Shown here: piece after piece, positions 10,912 through 20,396 of the stretch
How the letters are laid out: every line of letters starts with the position of its first letter
Position numbering within the stretch: the stretch's first letter is position 1
Assembly (NCBI GenBank): GCA_944389385.1
Contig: CALXMC010000003.1
Coordinates: 10,356-74,355, forward strand
DNA length: 64,000 nucleotides
DNA from: an uncultured Alphaproteobacteria bacterium
GTDB taxonomy: Bacteria; Pseudomonadota; Alphaproteobacteria; Rs-D84
Direction of reading: 5' to 3'
Translations under genes and position numbers: made by a program
The notes under the pieces: model-generated
What the model was told of the DNA's origin: nothing
Database searches by the model: none
What the model saw: the letters and a program-made list of their open reading frames with translations, nothing else

Positions 10912-11274
10912 TCTCCCCTTCTCCCATAACACAAAAACCGTCAAAGGGAATTGACGGTCGGGGAGTTGGTAAATCAATATATTAGTGATTCTGTTGCTTT
11001 CGGGTTACCCCTGTTATATGACAACAGCCCCCCGACATTAGTGCCAGGGATGATAACGGTGCAAAAAAGACACCGAAAACATCAGATTTAACGATGCTTT
11101 TGCACCGAATATATTGGGCTTACCACAGCCCGAGCCCGCAGGTCCCCCGTTGGGTTCAGTACAATTATATCACTTTTTTAGGTGCAAAACAAACCGCCGA
11201 TAAAATATTTATAAATTTTTCCCAACCAATTGGTAAAAATTGGTTGGGATTACGTGGCATTTAACGATAATTTT

Positions 11275-11787
11275 TTATTTTTTCCGCTTTTGGGTTTTGG
11301 ATTTTTTTGGTTGCGGATTTTCGTTTTCGTCATCATCCATTTCGTATTCATCGTATTCCACATCCCAATTGCCGTATTCGCCGGCGGTTATTTCATTCAG
11401 CATACGGCGCGCGCGGGGATTATGGGATGAATATTTCTTTAATCCGATAACCAATGCAGCCGTTATCATTTTTTCCATATCTGCACTGGATACCGATCTG
11501 GCCACGCGGTCACGAATGCCGCCCGCCATGTGTTTGACTGCATGTTTGGCTTTGTACAGCAATGAATGCCGACGGCGGACGCTTTCCACCAATTCCATAA
11601 TCCACATCGCAACCAGCAAAACCAACAACGGAATCGCCACGCACCAAACAAAGTACTTTAATACCGAATCCGCACAGAACGACATGCCAAACATTGCGTT
11701 GCAAGTATTCGGACAATGCAGCAATAATATCGCCACGATTTCATATAATGATAAAATTGTTAATGCAATTTTTGACTTCAAAAACAT
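11275..11787 (-). CDS. Hypothetical membrane protein with acidic/basic C-terminal tail
   Basis: 170 aa. RBS AGGAG. Two predicted transmembrane segments. C-terminus DDDENENPQPKKSKTQKRKK. Confidence 0.4.
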   Translation of the reverse strand: MFLKSKIALTILSLYEIVAILLLHCPNTCNAMFGMSFCADSVLKYFVWCVAIPLLVLLVAMWIMELVESVRRRHSLLYKAKHAVKHMAGGIRDRVARSVSSADMEKMITAALVIGLKKYSSHNPRARRMLNEITAGEYGNWDVEYDEYEMDDDENENPQPKKSKTQKRKK

Positions 11788-11816
11788 TTTTTACTCCTGT
11801 GATTTTTTATGAATTG

Positions 11817-12560
11817 TTAAAAGTTTATAAATCTGATGCCCATCATCACCATCCAATCATTACGATGCCAATTGCCGCCCAGACGATGGCCCGCACGAAT
11901 CCACGCGCCCGTTGTTTTGTTCAACATGGTTCCCAATTCGAATTCAGCGGAAAATTCTTGGTGGCCTGTTTCGTAATTTACCCAAACCTGGGGATCGGCC
12001 ATAAACCACCAGCCTTTGTTTGACGCATACCCCAATAATACGCGATATTGGCCTTGGTTTATGTCGGGCGCGATGTCTGGGTCGGTGTTATGCAATGATA
12101 TGAACTGCTTGGCGACCAAAGCGCCAAACACGTTGTGACCAAACGAATAAACGTATCCCAAAATTGGGTCGAATGTAAATTGCTGGGCACCCAGGGTATC
12201 TTCGGTTGCGGTCGGCAATAAAAACTCGGCCGCACCAATCAAAGTATGACGGCCCCATGTATGCTGGGCGCGGCCACGCACAGTCATATCACCAATGCCG
12301 TTGTCGGAACGACCGCGGCCACTGTAACGCAAAATTGGTAATTCTGCGTTAATGCCGAACACGCGCTTTATCGCATGGTCGTATTTGAATGTTAATGAAG
12401 TAATAGAAGAATCGCCAAACGCACGCAGTTGTGGCAAAAATTCCAACTTGGTTAAATTATCGGCTGGATTTACGCCACGCGCAGCATCCGAATCTTCGGC
12501 CGCCCAAACGTTTGGCGCAATCAACGCGACTGTTAAAATGGTAAGTAGTGTTTTTTTCAT
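11817..12560 (-). CDS. Outer membrane beta-barrel protein (unknown transporter-like family)
   Basis: Signal peptide MKKTLLTILTVALIAPNVWA. C-terminal ..MGIRFINF. Confidence 0.55.
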   Translation of the reverse strand: MKKTLLTILTVALIAPNVWAAEDSDAARGVNPADNLTKLEFLPQLRAFGDSSITSLTFKYDHAIKRVFGINAELPILRYSGRGRSDNGIGDMTVRGRAQHTWGRHTLIGAAEFLLPTATEDTLGAQQFTFDPILGYVYSFGHNVFGALVAKQFISLHNTDPDIAPDINQGQYRVLLGYASNKGWWFMADPQVWVNYETGHQEFSAEFELGTMLNKTTGAWIRAGHRLGGNWHRNDWMVMMGIRFINF

Positions 12561-12657
12561 CTGAAATCCCCCCTGTTACAAAATACATTGTGACAGGGTG
12601 GAATAAAAAAATCACCAGGAACAAAAACCCGTCGCACTTGCGACGGGATAAATTGTC

Positions 12658-13518
12658 TTAATCAGACGTAACCGGCGCGTCCGCCGTGCCATATTGCGGG
12701 CGGCCATCATCAACTTCGTCGGCCGAGTTTTCCATTTCCGCCGTTGTGGCCGCGGTTGCATCGGTTGCATCAGCGGCGGCAGATTCTGCAGCGGCAGCCT
12801 GGGCCGCAGCGGCACGTTCTTCTTCTGCGCGGGCGGCATTTTCAATTTGCAATAATTGCTTTTCCAACGCAGAACGTTCGGACGATTTATAACCCGTTTC
12901 TGTTTCTGCATCCGCGTCGGAATCTGTGCCATCTGATACAGCCGGGTTTATCAAATTTTTGAATATTTCCTGGGCCTCTTGGGAACCACGAACATCGCGC
13001 GCCAACAATTTACTGCCTGGGCCGGGGAAGAACCATTCATCCAACTTTACCGCAGTCAATTGCATAATCGGACGTGTACGCGCATTTTCAACCCATGGCG
13101 CAGGACGTGGGGCATCTGAATAATACCACAGCGTAACCCAATACACAACGCCCATTATAATAATTCCACGCAGAATGCCGAATATAATACCCAACGTACG
13201 ATCAGTTATATTCATTATACTGTTTTGGATTTTTTCGCGCAGACGCTGATTGAAAAAACCAACCAACATCAGTATTACGAAAAATACAACAAAGTACGAT
13301 GCAACCAATGTACCAACCGTTGACGCGGATAAATCAAACCAACTTTGTAATAATTTATCCAACAATGGCGAAATGAAACGCGCTGCAAACGCCGCAATAA
13401 CCCATGACAGCGTTGCAACGGTTTCAAAAATTCCGCCACGAATGGTTGCCCATATTGTGGATGCAACCAATACACCCACATAAACATAATCCAAAGTTGT
13501 TAAATCAAACATCGGCAA
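12658..13518 (-). CDS. cvpA: CvpA family membrane protein with Ala/Glu-rich C-terminal extension
   Basis: N-terminal four-TM region typical of colicin V production protein CvpA. C-terminal roughly 100 aa is low-complexity acidic/Ala-rich. Confidence 0.65.
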   Translation of the reverse strand: MPMFDLTTLDYVYVGVLVASTIWATIRGGIFETVATLSWVIAAFAARFISPLLDKLLQSWFDLSASTVGTLVASYFVVFFVILMLVGFFNQRLREKIQNSIMNITDRTLGIIFGILRGIIIMGVVYWVTLWYYSDAPRPAPWVENARTRPIMQLTAVKLDEWFFPGPGSKLLARDVRGSQEAQEIFKNLINPAVSDGTDSDADAETETGYKSSERSALEKQLLQIENAARAEEERAAAAQAAAAESAAADATDATAATTAEMENSADEVDDGRPQYGTADAPVTSD

Positions 13519-13554
13519 TTCCCCGTGTTGTATTCACAAATTTACCAGATTTTT

Positions 13555-14148
13555 TTATTTTTTCTTTCTGTCTTTGCGCACCAACACAAATGCCAACGCC
13601 GCCACCAGCACAATCAACAAAGCATAGAAATATACTGGTGATGCGGCGGCTGCCTCAGTTTTTTTTTGAGCCTCGTGTTCGGCCGCGGCCAATGCAGCCG
13701 CATTATATTCCGTCACCGCACCCGCGCGCGCAGGATGTTTGGAACGGAAATCGTCCGCATTTTCATCCAATGCACGTTTGTTTTCCGCAGCGGCCTTCTT
13801 TTGATCTTCGGTCATGTCAATTTCGACCGCGTCACGTAATTCTTGCTGCATAAAATCGGCATAGCCCTGGAAACATTTATCGCCAACGGTTATAACCGGC
13901 ACGCCACCACTGGTGTATTCACATTTTTTCAAAACTTCACTGAATTTTTCTTGGTTCGCTTGGTCCATAACATTAACCTGGACAATGCGCAAATCTGGGT
14001 ATTCATACACCACGCGATTTACAAAAAATTCACGCGCGTGATGACAATGCGGACACGTCGGTGAATAATACAATGTCACATCAGCCGCGGACGCCGTGCC
14101 AACAAAAAACAAGCCAAATATTGCAGATAATAATGTTATTTTTTTCAT
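13555..14148 (-). CDS. Thioredoxin-fold (CPHC) exported protein with C-terminal membrane anchor
   Basis: ATG at 14146-14148 with RBS AAGGAGA. Signal peptide MKKITLLSAIFGLFFVGTASA. Redox motif YYSPTCPHCHHA. C-terminal hydrophobic helix followed by RKDRKKK. Confidence 0.5.
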   Translation of the reverse strand: MKKITLLSAIFGLFFVGTASAADVTLYYSPTCPHCHHAREFFVNRVVYEYPDLRIVQVNVMDQANQEKFSEVLKKCEYTSGGVPVITVGDKCFQGYADFMQQELRDAVEIDMTEDQKKAAAENKRALDENADDFRSKHPARAGAVTEYNAAALAAAEHEAQKKTEAAAASPVYFYALLIVLVAALAFVLVRKDRKKK

Positions 14149-14237
14149 AAGTTCTCCTTTGTCTTGGTTGGTATTATAAAAAGAATCTGCGCACCAGTGC
14201 AAGGTATTTTTACCCCCCCCGGCAAAAAATGCGAATG

Positions 14238-15623
14238 TTAATGTCTGTCATAAATTACAGGCGTTTTGTTTATCGTATAAATACGATTATCTGTATCGCG
14301 ATTATACCAAACGTACAGAATATTTACTGTATCATTGCCATCGTACGGGTTGCTGTATCCAACCGCCTGACGTGCAACGTTTTGCGGAAACACCGTACGA
14401 AAAGTGTTATCAAACACCCGTGAATATTTGTCGCGGAAAGATTGACTGGCGATAACGTTGAATACCAATATCCCATCCGGCGCAATATGATTTTTTACAC
14501 GCTGCATAAATTCCGCAGTGATGAAACCTTCTGGGATTTGAAAAGAATTAGAATACAAATCAACCAATATCAAATCGTATTTTTTATCATTATTTTTCAA
14601 ATACTGACTTGCATCTTGGACAACAAATTTCTTGTTATCTGTTAATTTGTGATCCAGAAAATATTTTTCACTGATTTTCTTTAACGACGGTTCTATGTCA
14701 ACAAAGGTGTAATTATTTATATAATCATGTATGCCCGCCGTAAATCCACCCGCACCCAGTACCAATATTTCACGCGTACGATCGGCCGGCATATTATAAA
14801 TAAAACTATTATTAAAATAATTCATATATTCCCCAACCAGGCCACTTTTGGGGTTATAAATAGACATCGGCAATCCGTTCATATTTAATATGCGCGTATC
14901 GTCCGGCCATTGACTGACCGCGATGGTTGAATTTGCATTATTAACCAATATTCCAAAATAACCGCGTTGAACATAATCGCTGTTAACCAATACTGTTGGA
15001 ATTAAGATTAACGCACCCGATAACATAACCCACCATTTGGGACGCATCACAATCGCAGCAAATAACGCCAATACAACAATTAACATAACTGTGTAATTCA
15101 CACCAACAAACGGCATCAGTACCAATGTTGTTAATAACGAACCCAATACCGACCCAATCGTATCCCACGCCATGATGTTGCCTGTGTAATTAGTGTTATA
15201 TCTGTGCAGGCACCGCGACAATAATGTCGTATTAAACCCAAACAAAAATGGCCCAATCGACAAAAATATAAACGAAAATAAAAACGTTTGAATAATGCCG
15301 GACATAATCCCCCAAGAATACATCCGCACAAAATATTCCATAACCAATGGGAAACTGGACGCCAAAAACGCAAACAGTGATATAACGATAAAACTGCACG
15401 ACAAAATATTTTTGATATGCTTGGTTTTAATACGTTCTGATTCACCCAAGAAATATCCCAGTGACATAAATCCCAAAAATGTCCCCATGATAATACTGGT
15501 GATAACCGCACTGGAACCGACCCAGAACGACAGTTGGCGCAGAACAACCAATTCAAACGATAAACTTACATACCCATTCAAAAATATTAAAAATATTAAC
15601 CAAAAACGTAATTTCCCAGACAT
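14238..15623 (-). CDS. Fused polytopic membrane domain / spermidine synthase-like (polyamine aminopropyltransferase family) protein
   Basis: N-terminal roughly 200 aa with multiple TM helices. C-terminal region ILVLGAGGFTAG..VDIEP..DLILVDLYSN matches the spermidine synthase Rossmann fold. Confidence 0.6.
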   Translation of the reverse strand: MSGKLRFWLIFLIFLNGYVSLSFELVVLRQLSFWVGSSAVITSIIMGTFLGFMSLGYFLGESERIKTKHIKNILSCSFIVISLFAFLASSFPLVMEYFVRMYSWGIMSGIIQTFLFSFIFLSIGPFLFGFNTTLLSRCLHRYNTNYTGNIMAWDTIGSVLGSLLTTLVLMPFVGVNYTVMLIVVLALFAAIVMRPKWWVMLSGALILIPTVLVNSDYVQRGYFGILVNNANSTIAVSQWPDDTRILNMNGLPMSIYNPKSGLVGEYMNYFNNSFIYNMPADRTREILVLGAGGFTAGIHDYINNYTFVDIEPSLKKISEKYFLDHKLTDNKKFVVQDASQYLKNNDKKYDLILVDLYSNSFQIPEGFITAEFMQRVKNHIAPDGILVFNVIASQSFRDKYSRVFDNTFRTVFPQNVARQAVGYSNPYDGNDTVNILYVWYNRDTDNRIYTINKTPVIYDRH

Positions 15624-15686
15624 AAAATCCCCTTTCCTGAATGCGGGAATGTTAAGTCAAAAATAAAAACTGTTCAAGCAAGAAAT

Positions 15687-15989
15687 TTATCTGGCGCGCA
15701 AAAATCGCACATCATCAAATTCAGGATATTTACTGAACATGGCTGCCGCAAATGGGCACATCGTTATTACTTTGCGTTTTTGGTTTCGGGCAACATTTGC
15801 CACACATCGAACCAGATTCAACCCGATACTGGCATGACGATATTGTTCGGTGACAGCCGTATAGTCGATTATCATCTTGTCAGCACCCACACGAACAAAG
15901 GTTATTTCACCGACATGATGACCGTTATAATTCGCATAAAAACCCGCGCCGTTTGGAAAAATATCATAAGTAATTTTTTTATCTGCCAT
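15687..15989 (-). CDS. Small GNAT-like N-acetyltransferase domain protein
   Basis: About 100 aa (MADKKITYDIFPNG..). Resembles the short single-domain GNAT/YjdJ-like family. Start is uncertain; the ORF extends to 16010 through a non-ATG start. Confidence 0.45.
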   Translation of the reverse strand: MADKKITYDIFPNGAGFYANYNGHHVGEITFVRVGADKMIIDYTAVTEQYRHASIGLNLVRCVANVARNQKRKVITMCPFAAAMFSKYPEFDDVRFLRAR

Positions 15990-16079
15990 ATCACCCGCCC
16001 CCCCGTACAACCATTATAACACTTGGCAGTGGCGGTTTTAATCGGATTGAAATCGGATAATAATATGACCGGACAAGGA

Positions 16080-17009
16080 TTATATCGCGTCAAAATTTTT
16101 GCGAATTATTTTCGCACTGCGCCGTAATGCGGCCGCATCAGACGCAGGCAACTTCGGGCGCAAAGTCGCAATAACGCCATTTGCACCAACAACGCGCGGT
16201 AAAGACATCGCAACCATATCCGCGCCCGTGCCTGAAACTGCGCTGACCGTTAAAATTCTGTGTTCGTCGTTTATTATGCAACGCAACAAATCGGCCGCAG
16301 CCGCACCGATTCCATCCCATGTTGCGCCACGGCCACGAATAATCTCGTACGCGGCATTACGCACACGGTGCGCGATTGTGTTACGCGTGCTTTGCGGCAA
16401 AGATATTTTCATCTGTTTGCAAAAATCATCCAACTTGAACGCACCAACCGCGGAGGATGACCAATCTATGACACTGCTGTCGCCATGTTCGCCCAAAACA
16501 TAGGCGTTTATGGATTGTGTTGATACGCCCAATTGGCGCGATAATATCGTACGCAGGCGTGCTGAATCCAACATAGTCCCCGTACCAATCACACGCCCAG
16601 GGTTCAGGCGCGATAATTTTTGCGCCAACATAACCATCACGTCCAGCGGATTGGTCAGAATTATTATTTTCACGTTTTTTGAATCAACGTTCGCCATAAC
16701 GCGTGGAATAATATCTGATATAACAGCGGCGTTTTTGGTCAATAAATCAGTGCGTGTTTCGCCAGGTTTTTGATTTGCACCGGCGGCAACAATGACAATA
16801 TCACTGCCGCGGATGGCGCGATAATTACTGACCGCGGTGATTTTTACATCGAAACCAAAGCTGGCGGCGTGTCCCAAATCATCGGCCGCGGCACGTGCGC
16901 GAACACCATCGCGATCAAATAAAACTATTTCATGAACAAAACCTGTATTTTTTACCGCGGTCGCAACCGCAGATCCAACCGTGCCAACACCAATAATTGC
17001 TATCTTCAT
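16080..17009 (-). CDS. ldh: L-lactate dehydrogenase
   Basis: MKIAIIGVGTVGSAVA NAD-binding fold. GANQKPGETR has Gln rather than Arg at the substrate-specificity position. Catalytic GEHGDS is present. Confidence 0.8.
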   Translation of the reverse strand: MKIAIIGVGTVGSAVATAVKNTGFVHEIVLFDRDGVRARAAADDLGHAASFGFDVKITAVSNYRAIRGSDIVIVAAGANQKPGETRTDLLTKNAAVISDIIPRVMANVDSKNVKIIILTNPLDVMVMLAQKLSRLNPGRVIGTGTMLDSARLRTILSRQLGVSTQSINAYVLGEHGDSSVIDWSSSAVGAFKLDDFCKQMKISLPQSTRNTIAHRVRNAAYEIIRGRGATWDGIGAAAADLLRCIINDEHRILTVSAVSGTGADMVAMSLPRVVGANGVIATLRPKLPASDAAALRRSAKIIRKNFDAI

Positions 17010-17088
17010 TTTATGTTCTCTCCTGCCGCGGATATTATATCACAAATCGTTAATGGTTGCAAAAAAATCCCGCCAGACGGCGGGGTTT

Positions 17089-18531
17089 TTAATATGATTT
17101 TGCAACATATACGTATGTTGGGTCATTATCATCCAAACACCGGCGCGATATTTTGTATTTTTCCATCAACGCATCAAATTTTTCATTTGTCGTCAAATCG
17201 TATTTGATACGGAAAAATCCAATCGCACCATTTGATAACGCCGATTCCAGTGCGCTTAAATCCGCGACATTGTGAATCATTGTTTCATTACGACGAACAA
17301 CCGCGTCATACATATCGTGCTGGATTTGCGCCAACATATTTTTAACGTCCGCCACAAATGCGTCAATCGTCATTGTTTGCCGCGACGATTTGCCCAAATC
17401 ACGACGTGTTACCGTCACATTGTTTTCATCCATTTCACGCGCGCCAATTTCCACACGTAATGGCACGCCGCGCTTAATCCATTTCCACATTTTATCGGGC
17501 GCACGCATATCAGATGTATCAACCAATACACGCACGTCGATATTTTCCAATTGTTCGCCCAATTTTTGTGCGAATGCGTTTAATGTGTCGGCCGTGTCTT
17601 CGCGTGTGATTGGGATAATCACAACCTGATACGGTGCAATGGCGGGTGGCAAAACCAAACCATCGTCGTCGGAATGCGTCATAAACACACTGCCCATCAT
17701 GCGGGTGGTAACACCCCACGATGTTGTCCATGCGTGTTTTAATGCGCCATCTGGGCCCAAATATTGAATACCGAACGATTTTGCAAAATGCTGGCCCAGG
17801 TCATGCGATGTTCCGGCCTGTAAAGCGCGACCGTCCTGCATAATATGTTCCAGTGTATATGTGTGATCGGCACCGGCAAATCGTTCCTCGGGCGTTTTTT
17901 CGCCCATGATTGACGGGATTGCCAATATTTCGCGCATATAGTCACCATACACGCGGTGCATTTTGCGCGCGTCTGCGTTTGCCTCTTCGTGTGTGGCGAA
18001 TACATTGTGGCCTTCTTGCCAATAAATTTCCGCCGTGCGCAGGAACAAACGTGGCCGCATTTCCCAGCGCATAACATTTACCCACTGATTCAATTTCATT
18101 GGCAAATCGCGATACGATTGCACCCAACGGGACATTGCTTCGCCGATAATTGTCTCAGACGTCGGACGAATAACATACGGCTCGGTTAATTTTGCGTCCG
18201 GGTCGGGTTGTAACGTGCCGTCAATCATTTTCAATCTGTAATGCGTGACAACGGCGGTCTCTTTGGCAAAACCGGCGACATGTTCAGCCTCGCGATTAAA
18301 AAAGTTGATGGGTATCAACAACGGAAATTGTGCATTTTGCACGCCGCATTTTTTTATGCGTTTGTCCAACGCGTCGCGCATCAGTTCCCAAATTGCCCAA
18401 CCATACGGCTTTATCGTCATACACCCACGCACAGGTGCATTTTCCGCCAAATCCGCCGCGGCTATCAGATTTTGATACCATTCACTGTAATTTTCCGAAC
18501 GTGTCGGTGTGATTGCTGTTTTCATTTTCAA
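17089..18531 (-). CDS. proS: Proline--tRNA ligase (class II, archaeal/eukaryote-like short form, no INS editing domain)
   Basis: 480 aa with class II aaRS motifs and a C-terminal Zn-binding-type extension ending ..YVYVAKSY. Confidence 0.9.
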   Translation of the reverse strand: MKMKTAITPTRSENYSEWYQNLIAAADLAENAPVRGCMTIKPYGWAIWELMRDALDKRIKKCGVQNAQFPLLIPINFFNREAEHVAGFAKETAVVTHYRLKMIDGTLQPDPDAKLTEPYVIRPTSETIIGEAMSRWVQSYRDLPMKLNQWVNVMRWEMRPRLFLRTAEIYWQEGHNVFATHEEANADARKMHRVYGDYMREILAIPSIMGEKTPEERFAGADHTYTLEHIMQDGRALQAGTSHDLGQHFAKSFGIQYLGPDGALKHAWTTSWGVTTRMMGSVFMTHSDDDGLVLPPAIAPYQVVIIPITREDTADTLNAFAQKLGEQLENIDVRVLVDTSDMRAPDKMWKWIKRGVPLRVEIGAREMDENNVTVTRRDLGKSSRQTMTIDAFVADVKNMLAQIQHDMYDAVVRRNETMIHNVADLSALESALSNGAIGFFRIKYDLTTNEKFDALMEKYKISRRCLDDNDPTYVYVAKSY

Positions 18532-18537
18532 ATCTCT

Positions 18538-19365
18538 TTACTTTGCATGTTTATCTTTTAATTCCATATATTTATCGGAAACAATTTTATGCAGCGTTTC
18601 CGCAATCTGCTTTCTGTCCATACCCGCCAATGGCGGTGGCGGCAACACAGTTAATTCCACCATAAATCCACCCAACATCATGATGTGAAACACCTGGCCG
18701 AATGCGCTGCGTTCGCGCGAACATTTGGGGCCGGTATCCTGGTCTGAATTATTAAAGTATGCGAAATGTTCCGCCATGTCCGCGTCAGATATTGGCGCGC
18801 CATCACGAAAACGATAATTCATTACCAACGGTTGCACCGTCACATCTGAATTTTCAACAAAGTTAAACAGTGTGCTTTTGAACGGCTTTACATAGGCGCC
18901 GTTTGTTGTTGTGCCTTCGGGGAATAAAAACACTGGATACGACACAGAATTCAATGTATCGCGAACCTGGGCCAACGCGTCCAGCGCATGTGACGGACGA
19001 CGGTCGATAAACACCACGCCGAATTTACGCGACACCCATCCAACCAGTGGCCAATGTTCCATTTCTTTTTTGGCAATAAAACTGCCCCCCAAGGCAACTG
19101 GGAATGTCGCAATTTCAAAAATGGATATATGATTGGATATCACCAACAGCGGCCGTTTCGACGATATTTTTCCGTGCACACGGGTTTTTATCCCCGCCAA
19201 CCACAGCAATATTCGCATAAAAAAAGACATATATTTCACAGATGCCGCACTGCGTGGCAATATGAAAATTATCGGCAATTGAATCATAACCAAAATCCAG
19301 AAAGTTATGAACTTAATCGCCGCGCCGGTTGTGTTAAAAATGTTTTGTTTTCTGACGCCTGACAT
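18538..19365 (-). CDS. olsA: Lyso-ornithine lipid O-acyltransferase (PlsC family 1-acyl-glycerol-3-phosphate acyltransferase homologue)
   Basis: Acyltransferase motifs NHISIFE and FPEGT. Start overlaps the stop of the upstream olsB-like gene. Confidence 0.65.
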   Translation of the reverse strand: MSGVRKQNIFNTTGAAIKFITFWILVMIQLPIIFILPRSAASVKYMSFFMRILLWLAGIKTRVHGKISSKRPLLVISNHISIFEIATFPVALGGSFIAKKEMEHWPLVGWVSRKFGVVFIDRRPSHALDALAQVRDTLNSVSYPVFLFPEGTTTNGAYVKPFKSTLFNFVENSDVTVQPLVMNYRFRDGAPISDADMAEHFAYFNNSDQDTGPKCSRERSAFGQVFHIMMLGGFMVELTVLPPPPLAGMDRKQIAETLHKIVSDKYMELKDKHAK

Positions 19366-20324
19366 TATTTTTCATCCCCGTCTGAATCATTGTCATCTTC
19401 GATATATTCAGCGTCTGCGGCGTCTTCGCGCAGTAAAAATTCGACGAACGCACGCACCACACGGAAAGATCCCGTCACAGGCAACAACATTATTTTGCCA
19501 ACCGTTTTTAATGCGTTATCACGAACATCCAAATGTTCCAGCGCATTCGCACGACCCAAGAAATGCTTTTGATACGTTGCGTCAATTTTACGCGTCTGCA
19601 TCATTACAAACACATCATACGAATTAAAAGGCTTGTCAATAAACACACCACGGCCAAAAGTTGCCCCCAGACGCAAATATCCCTTAATCAGCGGTGTCAT
19701 TTGTTTGCGCGCATCTGATTCATCAACAAATTCACGCGGCAAAATATTCATACGCGACAGTTTTGGATTTACACCCGGCGCAAAATTTTCACTTAATACA
19801 GTCGCGCGCAATCCCAACGGCGACAAATGATTGTAATACAGGTATGAAATCGCCTGGGCGGAATCAGCGGGCTTTGTACCAACCCAAGACGCCACACCGA
19901 ATAAAATCGTGATTTTACGGCGCATTACATATTCGCCCAACCCCGCCCATAACAGGCGCATAACCAACGCATTATCGCGATATTCACGCGCAACGCACGC
20001 GCGGGACATTTCTGCAATATTGCCATTTGTATTTTTGATTTTTGAAATATTAAATTCGTTTTCTGTATAAAAACCACCCATTTTTTCGGCGTTATTGCGG
20101 TCGATTATACGATATGTGCCGACAACTTTGTCCCCATGAAACACCGCCAGGTATTCTGCATATCTGTCATATTCATCATATTCTTCGCGTAAAGATTTTT
20201 GTTCTTCGGTGGCGGTTGCGCCCTCTTCCATGACAAAAACCTCGTACCGTAATTGTCGCACTTGGCGACGTTCGTCTTTGTTTCGCGTCAATCGTACTTC
20301 GTAATCACGAACCTTGATAGCCAT
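19365..20324 (-). CDS. olsB: Ornithine lipid N-acyltransferase (GNAT-like, OlsB family)
   Basis: 319-aa GNAT-fold hemolysin-like acyltransferase immediately upstream of a PlsC paralogue. This is the classical olsB-olsA arrangement. Confidence 0.65.
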   Translation of the reverse strand: MAIKVRDYEVRLTRNKDERRQVRQLRYEVFVMEEGATATEEQKSLREEYDEYDRYAEYLAVFHGDKVVGTYRIIDRNNAEKMGGFYTENEFNISKIKNTNGNIAEMSRACVAREYRDNALVMRLLWAGLGEYVMRRKITILFGVASWVGTKPADSAQAISYLYYNHLSPLGLRATVLSENFAPGVNPKLSRMNILPREFVDESDARKQMTPLIKGYLRLGATFGRGVFIDKPFNSYDVFVMMQTRKIDATYQKHFLGRANALEHLDVRDNALKTVGKIMLLPVTGSFRVVRAFVEFLLREDAADAEYIEDDNDSDGDEK

Positions 20325-20396
20325 ATAAAAATTCCTTTTATAATCTGTTTATATCGGAAAGAATACCAAAGCAAACCGCCGTTTTCAATTATTTTA

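Noticed and set aside
10980-11240. Possible second copy of the tRNA-Thr 3' end marking the far boundary of an island containing the RM gene
   Set aside because: Only a 7-nt match (CCGACAT) was found. This is insufficient, so the island boundary is undetermined.
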